A program made the translations under genes and the position numbers. This document shows positions 29,789-39,400 of a stretch of DNA of 61,432 nucleotides, one piece after another (position 1 is the stretch's first letter; the number at the start of each line of letters is the position of its first letter). Under the pieces are notes generated by a model, which had not been told where the DNA came from, did not search any database, and saw only the letters and a program-made list of their open reading frames with translations. The stretch is from positions 1 through 61,432 of IMG/VR virus record IMGVR_UViG_3300031933_000107. The stretch is one strand, 5' to 3'. The DNA comes from a virus (lineage: Duplodnaviria > Caudoviricetes).

Positions 29789-30489
29789 TCACACCTTGAA
29801 TATTTTATTTGTGCCGTTGTCCCAGGTCACTATGCCGAACGTTCGGAATGGCTCGCTACTTCCATTCCCGCCAATTCCATTTGGCAGCTACATATCGCTA
29901 TGTAGAGCAGACTATCTCTTCAGCCAAGTGCGGCTGCTGTCGCGCGCTTCGGGCCGCTTGGCCCTACTCCCTTTCGGGATAGTCGTTACACCCCGCCCTT
30001 TCGGGCCTGGCACGGTATTGTCTCTGTCGAGATGTTCACCGTTTTCACGCGATCCACCCCCAGCCTCAAAGGCCGCAACGGTCTGGGGGGCACCTTTGTT
30101 TAGTGGTCTTTCTGACCACACGGGGTAATGTCCCCGCCGTTCGGCGTGATAGGAAGGCCGGTAGCCGTGTCGATATAGGCGATCAGCGGGCTGGTACTCT
30201 CGGTACCGGTGTCGGAGTAGATCACGATGGACTCGATACTCGCCCCACTCACGCTGGTGAATGTGCAATCGGCCGCATCGGCAGCGCCGCCGGTAGTTGC
30301 CTTGTTGGTCAGCGTTACCGGGCCTGCAATGCGAGCAGAGGTCGGAATGTCAGATAGGTACTGGTGAACGGCGGTCTGAGGCGTGTAGGCACCGGTATCC
30401 ACCAGAATGCACTTGATGGTATCGGTCATCCAGTTGATCTGCGCCTCAAGGAAGCGCTGGCGTGCAAAGTCGAAAAGGGTATTAGCCAT
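29789..30489 (-). CDS. Intron-split virion protein, join(30489..30128, 29834..29789), 135 aa
   Basis: Exon 1 ends ...GLPITPNGGD plus AT; exon 2 is C plus IVTWDNGTNKIFKV*; the joined end reads NGGDIIVTWDNGTNKIFKV. Confidence 0.88.
29835..30127 (-). ncRNA. Group I self-splicing intron (IA-type, no internal ORF, 293 nt)
   Basis: Exon 1 ends in U and the intron ends in G; R element UGUAACGACUA (29980-29990); S element AAGAGAUAGUC (29910-29920); P3, P4, P5, P6, P7.1, P7.2, P8 and P9 stems can all be drawn. Confidence 0.92.
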
Positions 30490-30561
30490 GTGCGGTATCT
30501 CCTGCCTTTGGCATGGGAATCGGTTACATGGCGCATTGTCGGGTAGGAAATGGCAGCGCAG

Positions 30562-30574
30562 CCAACCCTATAGG
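30562..30574 (-). promoter_or_regulatory. Late-promoter motif copy
   Basis: CCAACCCTATAGG on plus strand; GACAAT 21 bp downstream on minus strand. Confidence 0.7.
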
Positions 30575-30592
30575 GGGCCGTGCGCTGCAGGG

Positions 30593-31261
30593 TCACACGA
30601 AGAAGGCTTTAACGTGGTGCGGCTCGTCTTCGCGCACGATGCGGCGCAAATCTGAGTCCTGCCGCAATCCAAAGTATCGGGTGAACTCGGATTCAGCCAG
30701 TGCGGCACGGCTTGGGTCGAACACTTCGGCATCCGGTACGCTGAACACTCTGAACAGAACCCACTGGTGCAGGTGCCGGTGGTGTGCCGCGTTGATCTCG
30801 GGTTCGTCTGCAACGTCCGTCATTTCTGACAGCGGCAGCCGATAACCCTCCACCTTCAGCGTACCGTCAGCTTCTGGAATAGGTACCAGTCGCAGTGCTG
30901 TATCATCCTGGACCGCGTACTCCGGCCGCCCCGTGATCTCCCGCCATTGTGGAAAGACGCTATCCAGCTCCTCCGTTGAGGATAGCCTGATCGACTGGCT
31001 CCGGTGGCTGCCCTGCTGCTCAAGACGGATATGCGTTAGCTCGTACAGAGCTGGATGCAGCGGATACACCGCCTGTCCTGCTGTTACAGCGATTTCGCAC
31101 ACCGCAGGGTCTTGGGCTTCATGAATCAGTCTGCCTCTTGTCACAGCCTCATGCTGCGCTTCATTGAACAACGGAATCAGGTCATCATCCGCAAAGAAGT
31201 AAGGCTCAACTGTATCGTGGGCCGCCACACGGTACTGCCGGATCATGGCCTCAAGGTTCAT
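30593..31261 (-). CDS. Head-tail adaptor protein
   Basis: PYFFADDDLIPLFNEAQHEA...AGQAVYPL...LRLVPIP motifs; position after capsid genes. Confidence 0.7.
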   Translation of the reverse strand: MNLEAMIRQYRVAAHDTVEPYFFADDDLIPLFNEAQHEAVTRGRLIHEAQDPAVCEIAVTAGQAVYPLHPALYELTHIRLEQQGSHRSQSIRLSSTEELDSVFPQWREITGRPEYAVQDDTALRLVPIPEADGTLKVEGYRLPLSEMTDVADEPEINAAHHRHLHQWVLFRVFSVPDAEVFDPSRAALAESEFTRYFGLRQDSDLRRIVREDEPHHVKAFFV

Positions 31262-31677
31262 ACGACACCGAATTGATCAACGTAACCGATAACTTCTTCA
31301 CGCAGATTCTCAACGGAACGGCGCTTGTTCACGGTCTGCTGGTACCGGGTAAAGGCGAACTCGGCCAATGCCTCTTTGTCCATTGTCATTACCTGATCAA
31401 CAATACCCTGGCGCTCCTCAAGCGCAGACTGATCCTCAGCATTACGCGCTGCGGCATCAGCCAGCAGTTCAGCCGTGTCGTCAGTGTCAGGCGCATTACC
31501 CTCGCCACCCAGCTTGGCCTCTGCAAAAAGGTCGTTGTGGCGCAACAGCTTACGGGCCAGCTCTACCGGCACGCTGCGGATCTGCCCGGGCTTGAACGTC
31601 AGGCCAGACTTGTATCGGCGCTCGATCCATTCATCACGCGGCCCGATAAATTCAATCGCTACGGTTGGTTTGCTCAT
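31258..31677 (-). CDS. Hypothetical virion-associated protein
   Basis: 139 aa, coupled to the adaptor gene. Confidence 0.7.
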   Translation of the reverse strand: MSKPTVAIEFIGPRDEWIERRYKSGLTFKPGQIRSVPVELARKLLRHNDLFAEAKLGGEGNAPDTDDTAELLADAAARNAEDQSALEERQGIVDQVMTMDKEALAEFAFTRYQQTVNKRRSVENLREEVIGYVDQFGVV

Positions 31678-31687
31678 GCTGTACCTC

Positions 31688-31714
31688 GAAAAGAAGGCGG
31701 CGCTATGGCCGCCT
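31688..31714 (-). terminator. Terminator after capsid/decoration genes
   Basis: AGGCGGC/GCCGCCT stem followed by TCTTTT on the minus strand. Confidence 0.6.
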
Positions 31715-31720
31715 ATGGCA

Positions 31721-32200
31721 TCAACGTGGGCCGGTCAGCTCGCCGGTCACGACTACATGCAGCTCACTCGCCTTGGCGTTGTCAGCAGTGCCAACGGTCA
31801 GCACCAGACGGGCAGGCTTTGGCAGTGTCACCAGCTTGGAGCCAGTGGCACGCAGACGGCCGGCGGTCGCAACGTCAGCGGCAGACAAGAAGTAAGCCGC
31901 ATCCTGCGGTACTTCGGCTGAATCCACTCCGTCCTCATAGATAAAGCCCAGGCTGCCAGTCACCGTGGCGGTCATGCCGGTGGTCACGAACAGGGAGGCA
32001 TCATCAAGACGCATACCTTCCGGCAGCGCACCAAGATCCACCACATCACCGTTAGCCAGTGCGGAGGTGGAGTCTGCGTTGATTGCAGCGCCTGTTGAAT
32101 CGGTCTTGAGCTCAAACGGCAGTGCAGTTGTGTTGCCATACGGCGTGAAACCACCAAACTGGCGGTTGTGGTACTGGTTGATCGCTACTTTAGCCATCAC
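31721..32200 (-). CDS. Putative capsid decoration protein
   Basis: Beta-rich 159-aa ORF directly after the capsid gene. Confidence 0.6.
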   Translation of the reverse strand: MMAKVAINQYHNRQFGGFTPYGNTTALPFELKTDSTGAAINADSTSALANGDVVDLGALPEGMRLDDASLFVTTGMTATVTGSLGFIYEDGVDSAEVPQDAAYFLSAADVATAGRLRATGSKLVTLPKPARLVLTVGTADNAKASELHVVVTGELTGPR

Positions 32201-32251
32201 TATCTCCTGATCAGTCGCATACAGGGCGGCCGGTTAGACCGCCCAATGGCA

Positions 32252-33544
32252 TTACTTGCGAGCGCCGATGATCGGCACAGCGGTGTCGATGGCAGTCACG
32301 CCGTAATCGGTGATCTCCTTGCCTTCACCGGTATCCACTTCAAAGCGAATCTTGGATACACCACGAATCGCACCCAGCAGCAGCTCAACCTTATCGCCGT
32401 GATCCAGCTCTTTCTCAGACCAGAAGAACGGGATTGAGGACTGCTTGTGTGCCGCCAGTGCTTCAGCAACCGCCTGACCACCCAGCAGCAGTGCGCGATC
32501 CACTGCGAAGTTGGTACCGAAAGTATCCGGCACCACGCACGCGCTTTCAGTCTCGCTGTCACGCGCCGCGCAATACTTGATGGTGTCGCCAGCGTAGAAG
32601 CGGATCGGCTTCGGCATCTTCACGATCAGCACACCATTCCAAAGACCGGCCTCACCCAGGAACAGCGGATGCTGGTTCGCTTGGTTGGCACGGGCCATAG
32701 AGGATGCCTGCAACTGACGGAAGCTCGGATCAGTCGCAAAGGAGCTGTACTGAGCCGGGGATACCAGCATTACACGCAGCGGGGAGTCGTCTGCAGCCTT
32801 GTCGCCTTCAAACTTAACGACAGGGGGCGGCAGTGCAATCTGATCCATCACGGTACGCACAGAGTCGATCACGTCCATGTTCATCAGGTCGCCGGTGGTC
32901 AGATCCACCGCACCCGCATTGACGCCGAACTCCTTAATTGCGCCGTTGTCGGCAATGAAGTGGCGGTTCTTGGTCGGCGCCTTGACCTGGTTCACCATGA
33001 TGGATGCGAAATCCGCGTCCTTGTCGGTCGGTACCACCCACTCGATGTTGTTGTGGTAGCCACGCGCACCCGCCATGTGAACCAGCAAAGACTGGTCGAT
33101 ATAGCGATCCATCAGGTTTTGCGCTGCCGGTCGTCCCAGCGAGCGGAACTCAACGGGGGAGCGGATGCTGGTCATAGCATCGCCCAGATCAAGAGGGAAG
33201 CGTGCCTGATCCACACGCAAGCGATCTTCGCTGATACTCAGGCCGGTTCCTCGGCCCTCAGCGTAGCGGCTGCCCATGATCGGCTTGGCACCAACAGGGT
33301 TCAGCAGGTGGAAAGTCACCTCGTCACCACGGCCCTTGCCAAGATCCTGGCAGCGCACAATCGGCATGTGCTGGCTGGTCTGTTTACGCAGCGTAGCCTC
33401 TGCACCGGCCTGACCCTTCGGCATTTTGCCGGTGAGTCGGTTCAGCGTTGTGTTGCGCTGCATGTGGGTAGCAAACAGACCGGCAGCCTGCTGCACCATG
33501 TTTTTCGGATCGCCGTATTTGGCGTGTGTCTTGTTAGCAGACAT
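32252..33544 (-). CDS. Major capsid protein (N4-gp56/DUF4043 family)
   Basis: PIVRCQDLGKGRGDEVTF...AEGRG...LFLGEAGLWNGVLIVK...VDRALLLGGQA...DYGVTAIDT. Confidence 0.88.
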   Translation of the reverse strand: MSANKTHAKYGDPKNMVQQAAGLFATHMQRNTTLNRLTGKMPKGQAGAEATLRKQTSQHMPIVRCQDLGKGRGDEVTFHLLNPVGAKPIMGSRYAEGRGTGLSISEDRLRVDQARFPLDLGDAMTSIRSPVEFRSLGRPAAQNLMDRYIDQSLLVHMAGARGYHNNIEWVVPTDKDADFASIMVNQVKAPTKNRHFIADNGAIKEFGVNAGAVDLTTGDLMNMDVIDSVRTVMDQIALPPPVVKFEGDKAADDSPLRVMLVSPAQYSSFATDPSFRQLQASSMARANQANQHPLFLGEAGLWNGVLIVKMPKPIRFYAGDTIKYCAARDSETESACVVPDTFGTNFAVDRALLLGGQAVAEALAAHKQSSIPFFWSEKELDHGDKVELLLGAIRGVSKIRFEVDTGEGKEITDYGVTAIDTAVPIIGARK

Positions 33545-33562
33545 GCTGCCCTCCTGGAGCTA

Positions 33563-34528
33563 TCAAATGAGTCGATTCAGTAGGGACTCAATCTGCTCAG
33601 GCGACATATCTTGCATACGCTCAAGCAAATCAGTCCCATCAAGACCGGCCACCTGCTCCTCCAGCGTTGCCCCGCTTGCGCGTCCGCCCGGGATATCGGA
33701 CAGACTGACAGGCGGCTCTTGCCGTGCGGACTCAGCGGCTTGCCTTGCTTTGGCCCGAATATCTTCGGCCGGCTGTGCCTTTCCAGTGGATTGTTTGAAG
33801 GCAGTGAACACTTCAACGACTTGCTGAGCGCTTCCCGTACTCAGGGCAGTTTCGATACCGAGCTTCACATGGCCAGGCTGTGTGGCTATCCACTCGGCCA
33901 GCTCCTTGCTCTCGATAATCGAATCGGCATCAGGGTGTGCGTTGTAGATCGTGTCGTAGTGCGCTTTAGCGGCTGCGTCACGGGACTGCTGCTCAGTCAT
34001 CTTTTGCGTTTGCTGCTGCAGCCGCTGATCGATGAGCTTCATCACGCCTTTTGCCAGATCCTCCTCGGAGAAATCCCCAAACAGATCTGGATCGATCCCC
34101 TGATCAATAGCCTCTTGTGCAATTGCCGCATTCTGGTCGGTTGCGGTTGGCGCTTCGCCTGCATCAGCTCGGGTCTGGGCCTGCTCGCGGAGTCGTTCCA
34201 GCTCTGCGGCTGCCGCTTCTGCCTGTGCTTTCCAATGCCGTTCACCTTCCCGCGCTTCAACCAGCTTTTCATAGGGAATCGTATGCTTGCCGTCCTTTGC
34301 CAGTAGTACCGGATCAGGTTCGGCCTGCCCTGCCGCCTCTTCAATCTCACTTGCCTCTTGATCGACAGCATCTACCTGTTCAGTGGGAGCGTCGGGCGTC
34401 TCGCTCTCCAGTTCCGGCACGCTGCCGGTATCGCCCTCCAGCCCAAACTCAAGCATTTGAGCCGCCTGCTCTGGCGTGATGTTTTCTGCATCAAGATTCT
34501 GGAAAAACTCGTCTTGGTTTATCGTCAT
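33563..34528 (-). CDS. Scaffold protein
   Basis: Acidic, helical, KDGKHTIPYEKL motif; between portal and capsid. Confidence 0.75.
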   Translation of the reverse strand: MTINQDEFFQNLDAENITPEQAAQMLEFGLEGDTGSVPELESETPDAPTEQVDAVDQEASEIEEAAGQAEPDPVLLAKDGKHTIPYEKLVEAREGERHWKAQAEAAAAELERLREQAQTRADAGEAPTATDQNAAIAQEAIDQGIDPDLFGDFSEEDLAKGVMKLIDQRLQQQTQKMTEQQSRDAAAKAHYDTIYNAHPDADSIIESKELAEWIATQPGHVKLGIETALSTGSAQQVVEVFTAFKQSTGKAQPAEDIRAKARQAAESARQEPPVSLSDIPGGRASGATLEEQVAGLDGTDLLERMQDMSPEQIESLLNRLI

Positions 34529-34620
34529 ACCTTTTCCCGCCACATATCGCCGTGGCCGCATAGGGTTCAGGGGTGTGTGGGCAGTTGCCCATTGCCTTTC
34601 GGCGCAGAGTGAGAATATGA

Positions 34621-34650
34621 GTAGGGTTGAAATGGCTCCAACCCTACAGG
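34621..34650 (-). promoter_or_regulatory. Late-promoter motif copy with inverted half-site
   Basis: CCAACCCTACAGG at 34638-34650; inverted GTAGGGTTG at 34621-34629; TATTCT 20 bp downstream on minus strand. Confidence 0.7.
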
Positions 34651-34677
34651 GGGGCGCGCATCCCTGCGCTGAGTGGC

Positions 34678-37011
34678 TTATGCCGGTAGGTTATCGTCCG
34701 TGACCGGGGTTTCGATGCCGCGCATACCCTGTTCGGCCTCTTGCGGTACCGGCGGGAAGCCTGGGCTTGTGTTGGCCCGGGCATTCATCATGGCGGGGTC
34801 GAGTTCAGTGGGTACCGGCTCCTCGGTCGGCATCGTCTCAGCTGGCATGCCCTGATCCATCGGTATGACCGGCTGGCCAGGTACCGGGAAGTTGGGATCA
34901 ACGCCTGCCGGATTCGGCATCTGGTAGCCTGCGCCCTTCATCACTTCGTCAGCGATCGGGGCGATCTGCGGCATCTGTGCGATCTGTGCGCCTGCCTGCA
35001 TTGCAGAGAACGCTGCTTGAACACCGATCTGAACTGCCTTGGCGTCCAAATTCTTCATTTCACTGTCAGCCTTGCGCTCTTTGATGACCAGCTCACGCTC
35101 CTTCAGCTCGTTTCCGGCATCTTTCAGCGCCTGCTGTACCGCCTGCTGAGTCTGCTGTTCGATCTCCTCTGGTGTCGGCATCTGCCGCACCTGCCTGATA
35201 GCTTCCACAACATCCTGCTTGTACGGAACATCCATCAACGACACCATGAACGGCAGCACTGCAGCCTGATACTCGGCCGGCAGTGACTTGACGGCTTCAG
35301 ACATTGCCGCCAGCTGCTGCGCTCGGTAGCTGCTGCTGCTCGGTACATCCTCCAATGCCACCTTGAGTCGGGTGCGTTGCAGGTCGTTGGACAGGTAGGC
35401 AACGCCGGTCTGTGGGTCAACCTCCGGCTTGTTGATCACCACGGTGCGGTCCTCGCGCACTGCGTCACCCTCGATGATCACAGTCTGCGGCTGGTCTCCC
35501 AAGTCCTCAATGATCAGCGCCATCAGCAGGTTGCCAACTTGTGTACGCGCCTCCCTGAAGTTGTCCATGATACGTGCCAAGCCCTGATTACTCTGCTCTA
35601 CCTGCGTCTGCTCCTGCAGACCGGAAGTTGCCGTGCCTTGCTTACCCATGAAACCCGCTGTGATATTGCTCACTCGCTCAATGGCCTGCCGGTTGTCGTT
35701 GAGCATCTGGAAATGCTGGTCGGACAGCTGGTAGTCACGCTTGACCTCGAACCGGGCGCCAGGCTGCGCCATGTGCGTTGCATCCAGCACAATATCGGCA
35801 TCCGGCCGTGCCACCTGTTTGCGCAACTGGGCATCGGTCATGGCAACAGCGCCTTTGGTGCGCTCAACCCGGGCTACACTCATACCCCAACGCAGCTTAC
35901 TCAATCCGCTGTTCAGGCTGTCCTGGGCGTACTTCATGCCCCGAACGTAGCCGTATGGCACGCCGGTACCATCTTCACGGAAGCCCCAGAATGGGACATA
36001 CGGAAACTGCCGGTGCGGATAGGGACTCGGCCCATCATCCAGCATATGCGGCCCGAGCCAGTAGCTACGGCGCACCCGTGCAACGATCGCTTTCACCACC
36101 TTGGCTGCACCACTGGCAACGGCAACGGCATGGTTCAGGTTGTTCTCGTCATACTCAACGGCCCTTCCGTCCGGGGTTTTGATGACCGGCACAGACACCC
36201 AACGGCGGTACCAGACTTCAGCCAGACACATTTCCTTGCTGCTTTGGTCGTACCACCGTTGCTCGTGGTGCGTCCATGCCCTCGCCTGATTCCATGCGTT
36301 CTGCAGCCCGGTACTTGTGCCGCCCTCAATTGTGGCCGTACTGCTGTCTGCCCACCAGTCACCACCGTGAACGCCCATTGTCTCGATCAGCTCGGCATGG
36401 TCCGGGAACGCCAGTGCGATACGGTCAGCGGTCAGCCACCGTTGGCGGCACAGCCATCTTGCATCGGACAGATCCGGCTCCTTGGCCTTCATATCCCAGT
36501 GGATCTCGTTGCGGTGGACGGCTGCGCATCGATACGGGTATTTGAACGGGTCTTTCTCCCGGCGCACCTCTACCCAGCCCAAACCGGCGGCGATCTGCGG
36601 CCGGAAGGCATCGGAACAGGCCCGGTCAGCCTTGGATTCGCGCTCAGCCTGGTTCAGCTTGTAGTTCAGCGCATCAGCAACATCCTGCCCGCCTGTTTCC
36701 CCGTTGGGCGTCACCCGCCAGTCAGTGCGCGTACTGGCCTCGAACCCCTGAAGGGACAGTAATGCCGGGCCGATCAGATCCTCAATCGCCGGTGGAATAC
36801 CCAGCTCGGCTTGGCGCCTTAGAAGTTCGCTGTCCAGCTGGTTGCCGTCAGCGTAATCCATCTCCTTGTCGGCCACTGATCGCCAGTGCGGTTGTTCCTC
36901 GATCTCGGCAAACAGGTCGCTGTACTCCTCGAACGTCAGCGTTCCGCCTGCCTTGTCCTGCTCTACACCCTTCGGTTTGGTGTCTGGTCGTTGCATTGTC
37001 GTCATCCTCAT
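34678..37011 (-). CDS. Portal protein (P22/933W-like)
   Basis: DYADGNQL...AGLGWVEV...FPYVPFWG...PYGYVRGMKYAQD; follows terminase. Confidence 0.88.
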   Translation of the reverse strand: MRMTTMQRPDTKPKGVEQDKAGGTLTFEEYSDLFAEIEEQPHWRSVADKEMDYADGNQLDSELLRRQAELGIPPAIEDLIGPALLSLQGFEASTRTDWRVTPNGETGGQDVADALNYKLNQAERESKADRACSDAFRPQIAAGLGWVEVRREKDPFKYPYRCAAVHRNEIHWDMKAKEPDLSDARWLCRQRWLTADRIALAFPDHAELIETMGVHGGDWWADSSTATIEGGTSTGLQNAWNQARAWTHHEQRWYDQSSKEMCLAEVWYRRWVSVPVIKTPDGRAVEYDENNLNHAVAVASGAAKVVKAIVARVRRSYWLGPHMLDDGPSPYPHRQFPYVPFWGFREDGTGVPYGYVRGMKYAQDSLNSGLSKLRWGMSVARVERTKGAVAMTDAQLRKQVARPDADIVLDATHMAQPGARFEVKRDYQLSDQHFQMLNDNRQAIERVSNITAGFMGKQGTATSGLQEQTQVEQSNQGLARIMDNFREARTQVGNLLMALIIEDLGDQPQTVIIEGDAVREDRTVVINKPEVDPQTGVAYLSNDLQRTRLKVALEDVPSSSSYRAQQLAAMSEAVKSLPAEYQAAVLPFMVSLMDVPYKQDVVEAIRQVRQMPTPEEIEQQTQQAVQQALKDAGNELKERELVIKERKADSEMKNLDAKAVQIGVQAAFSAMQAGAQIAQMPQIAPIADEVMKGAGYQMPNPAGVDPNFPVPGQPVIPMDQGMPAETMPTEEPVPTELDPAMMNARANTSPGFPPVPQEAEQGMRGIETPVTDDNLPA

Positions 37012-38612
37012 AGCCGCCAGTCCGGTGCCTCGGCTTCTTCATAATCAATGACTGCGTGTTGCAGCATGTTCAGCTCCTTCGCTTGCGCCCACTGCCGGAA
37101 AGCGTCTGCGCCCTCGGTGCAGCCGTTGCTCTTGTCTGGTTGGTCGATGTACCGGTTGTCGGTGCGGCTAAAGCGCTTGCGGTACCCTTCAAGCCTCGAA
37201 ATCCCTTCCGCACACTGCAGTTCGTCAATGAAACAGCCCTTCATGTGCTTGCGGGTCGCATAGATACCGGTCATCAGCTCCGTTACCCTGGGCACAATGA
37301 CGAAGCGCTCTCCTGGCATCAGCTCCTGCAGCTGTTCGCGGGTCGATTTGTTGTAATCAGACAGTCGCTTGTGATCAGCGTCATGGGGTAGATAGTGGGT
37401 ACCGAACAGAAAGCCTCGCTCGCGCAGGTGGGCAACGTAGTGCCTCAAGTCCTCATCGTGGGCCTCGTAGTAGCCGATAAAGCGATCCTCGCCCCTCAGT
37501 TCCTGATGGAACCAGATCGCACAGCCGTCACTGCGACCAATGTCCCAGAACGTGTTAACCGGAAGATCCAACGCTGGCACACGGGTGATACCGCCACGCT
37601 TGCGCAGTTGCAGCATATCCTTGGCGTAGTAGTTGCCCTCGGTGGACACCTGGAAGGCTTCGGCCGGGAAAGACGGATACTCCTGCCACATCTTCTCATC
37701 GGCGCCACTGAAGTCGGCTTGCTTGGTGGCCGTGTACCAGGCTCGCTGGTCGGGGTCGATAGTGACCTGCTGCCCCATATCCTCTGCAACGCGCAGCTCA
37801 ACCTGGTCGAAGTAAGCGTGATCCTCGGGTGTCATCAACACCTTTCGGGAGTCCATACGGTATCGCGGCTCCATCCACCAAGCGTAAAAGTGCAGTCGGT
37901 AGTCACGGCTGGTCAGTAGCTTGCGGCTTGCGTGATTCTTCTCGGCAACGCTCACCATCTTGAAGAATTCGCCCTCTCGACCTTCGGCGGTGGACTCGAT
38001 CACGGTCACGCCGGTCAGCGGCACGGCCGGTATGGAACCAGTGATCACTTCCTTGGCCTTATCGGGGTACTTTGCACAGATCTTGCCGAACTCAGAGATA
38101 TGGAGCCGGTGAATGGTGCCGGATCGCATTGATGTACCCACTCGGACGCTGCTGTTGTTGTGTGCAAACAGCAATTCAACGGCGCTATCACGGGCCAGCG
38201 GGAATCGGGCACGGATCTCGTCAGGCAGGTTTTCGTAGGCGAATTTGACCTTATCGCGGAATATGGTTTCCACGGCTTCGCGGTCCTGGGCGATGATGCC
38301 GCAACGCTGGTTGCCATTGAATAACGCGTGATCCAGCCAGACCACAGCAATCAGGGTCGTGAACCCCAACTGTCGTGCTTTCAGGATCAGGTTTCGGTGC
38401 CAGAGTCGGCGAATAAAACGGCACTGGGCGGCATTGGGCTTAAATGGCAGCACAAACGATTCACTGCTCTCGTCATCACCTTTGACCATGATCTTGTACA
38501 GACAGCCCGAGAACAGTCGCCACTCGGGATCAGCCAGGCATCGGGCCAACTCCTCTGCATCAGTCGGCAACTCAATCAACGGCTCATCGATCACGGCGGC
38601 GTCAGTCGTCAT
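37008..38612 (-). CDS. terL: Terminase large subunit
   Basis: LILKARQLGFTT (Walker A), LHISEFG (Walker B), IESTAEG, FWDIG nuclease motif. Confidence 0.93.
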   Translation of the reverse strand: MTTDAAVIDEPLIELPTDAEELARCLADPEWRLFSGCLYKIMVKGDDESSESFVLPFKPNAAQCRFIRRLWHRNLILKARQLGFTTLIAVVWLDHALFNGNQRCGIIAQDREAVETIFRDKVKFAYENLPDEIRARFPLARDSAVELLFAHNNSSVRVGTSMRSGTIHRLHISEFGKICAKYPDKAKEVITGSIPAVPLTGVTVIESTAEGREGEFFKMVSVAEKNHASRKLLTSRDYRLHFYAWWMEPRYRMDSRKVLMTPEDHAYFDQVELRVAEDMGQQVTIDPDQRAWYTATKQADFSGADEKMWQEYPSFPAEAFQVSTEGNYYAKDMLQLRKRGGITRVPALDLPVNTFWDIGRSDGCAIWFHQELRGEDRFIGYYEAHDEDLRHYVAHLRERGFLFGTHYLPHDADHKRLSDYNKSTREQLQELMPGERFVIVPRVTELMTGIYATRKHMKGCFIDELQCAEGISRLEGYRKRFSRTDNRYIDQPDKSNGCTEGADAFRQWAQAKELNMLQHAVIDYEEAEAPDWRL

Positions 38613-39348
38613 GCTCACCTCTGCTGATCGCCAGGCTGCTGCCAGTCGGCTCCGGTGGCAGCTCGGGGTCATCGGTGATCGGCATGAATGCGCTGTTGCT
38701 CTGCTTTGCGATACCGTTCAGCAAGGTGGTCAGACCATCGGCCGGGGCGGTGTCCTTGTCATCCATGCCAAAAGCCTGCCGCTCAAGCCCGATAAGTACT
38801 CGCAGGGACTCGCCCAAGTCCTTCATCGTCTTGGCACGTTGAGGAAGAGAAATGACTTTGTGATACAAATCATTCAGCTTGTCTACGCCGCGCTCATCTT
38901 CATCACGCATGATCGTTCCAAGCTGCTCCAGTAGCGCAACCTGCTCTGCGACAGTCTGTTGCTCCAACTCTTCCAGCAATGACATTGTGATTGCCCGGGA
39001 GCGGCGGATATCGCCCCGATGAGCAATCTTTACCTGGGCAACGGCAGAAGCATTGGCCTCAATGGTTTCGCGCTCAGAAACAGCGCAATCGGTGCGTACC
39101 TCGGTGCGTACCTCACTCTTGCGTACCAACTCATCCGCTTTGCTTTGGATCTTCTGGGCAAGGTCTCGGGTCCAGCCATCACGCTTGGCACGCTTGCGTA
39201 TAGCGCCTTCGGATATGCTGTGATCAGCGCCAATCTCACGCAGACTCTTCACACCAGCCCGATAATCAAGCTCTATGCGCTCCCAGTCATGCGTCTTTCG
39301 TTTGGCTTTTGTGGTGGCGGGCTTATCGCCCTGCTTTGAAATGGTCAT
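38602..39348 (-). CDS. terS: Terminase small subunit
   Basis: N-terminal HTH DWERIELDYRAGVKSLREIG...IRKRAKRDGW; upstream of terL. Confidence 0.8.
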   Translation of the reverse strand: MTISKQGDKPATTKAKRKTHDWERIELDYRAGVKSLREIGADHSISEGAIRKRAKRDGWTRDLAQKIQSKADELVRKSEVRTEVRTDCAVSERETIEANASAVAQVKIAHRGDIRRSRAITMSLLEELEQQTVAEQVALLEQLGTIMRDEDERGVDKLNDLYHKVISLPQRAKTMKDLGESLRVLIGLERQAFGMDDKDTAPADGLTTLLNGIAKQSNSAFMPITDDPELPPEPTGSSLAISRGEHDD

Positions 39349-39381
39349 GCCGAGAATGATCCCGGCATGATGATAGAGGGT

Positions 39382-39394
39382 CGAACTCTACAGG
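39382..39394 (-). promoter_or_regulatory. Degenerate late-promoter motif copy
   Basis: CGAACTCTACAGG, 2 mismatches, upstream of terS. Confidence 0.55.
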
Positions 39395-39400
39395 AGGGGA

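Noticed and set aside
29912-30268. 118-aa minus-strand ORF (and 29775-30128 plus-strand ORF) as an intron-encoded protein
   Set aside because: They run across exon 1 or the ribozyme core and show no endonuclease motifs
30100-30489. 129-aa ORF as a complete gene
   Set aside because: Its last 8 residues and stop codon lie inside the intron; the spliced 135-aa form is better supported
35377-36762. Long plus-strand ORFs opposite portal, capsid (32447-33583) and tail (16841-17836) genes
   Set aside because: Antisense shadows of strongly biased real genes, with no recognisable motifs
37008-38612. Intein or second intron in terminase or other core genes
   Set aside because: Motif spacing is normal and no splice-junction signatures or second GACUA/UAGUC core were noticed
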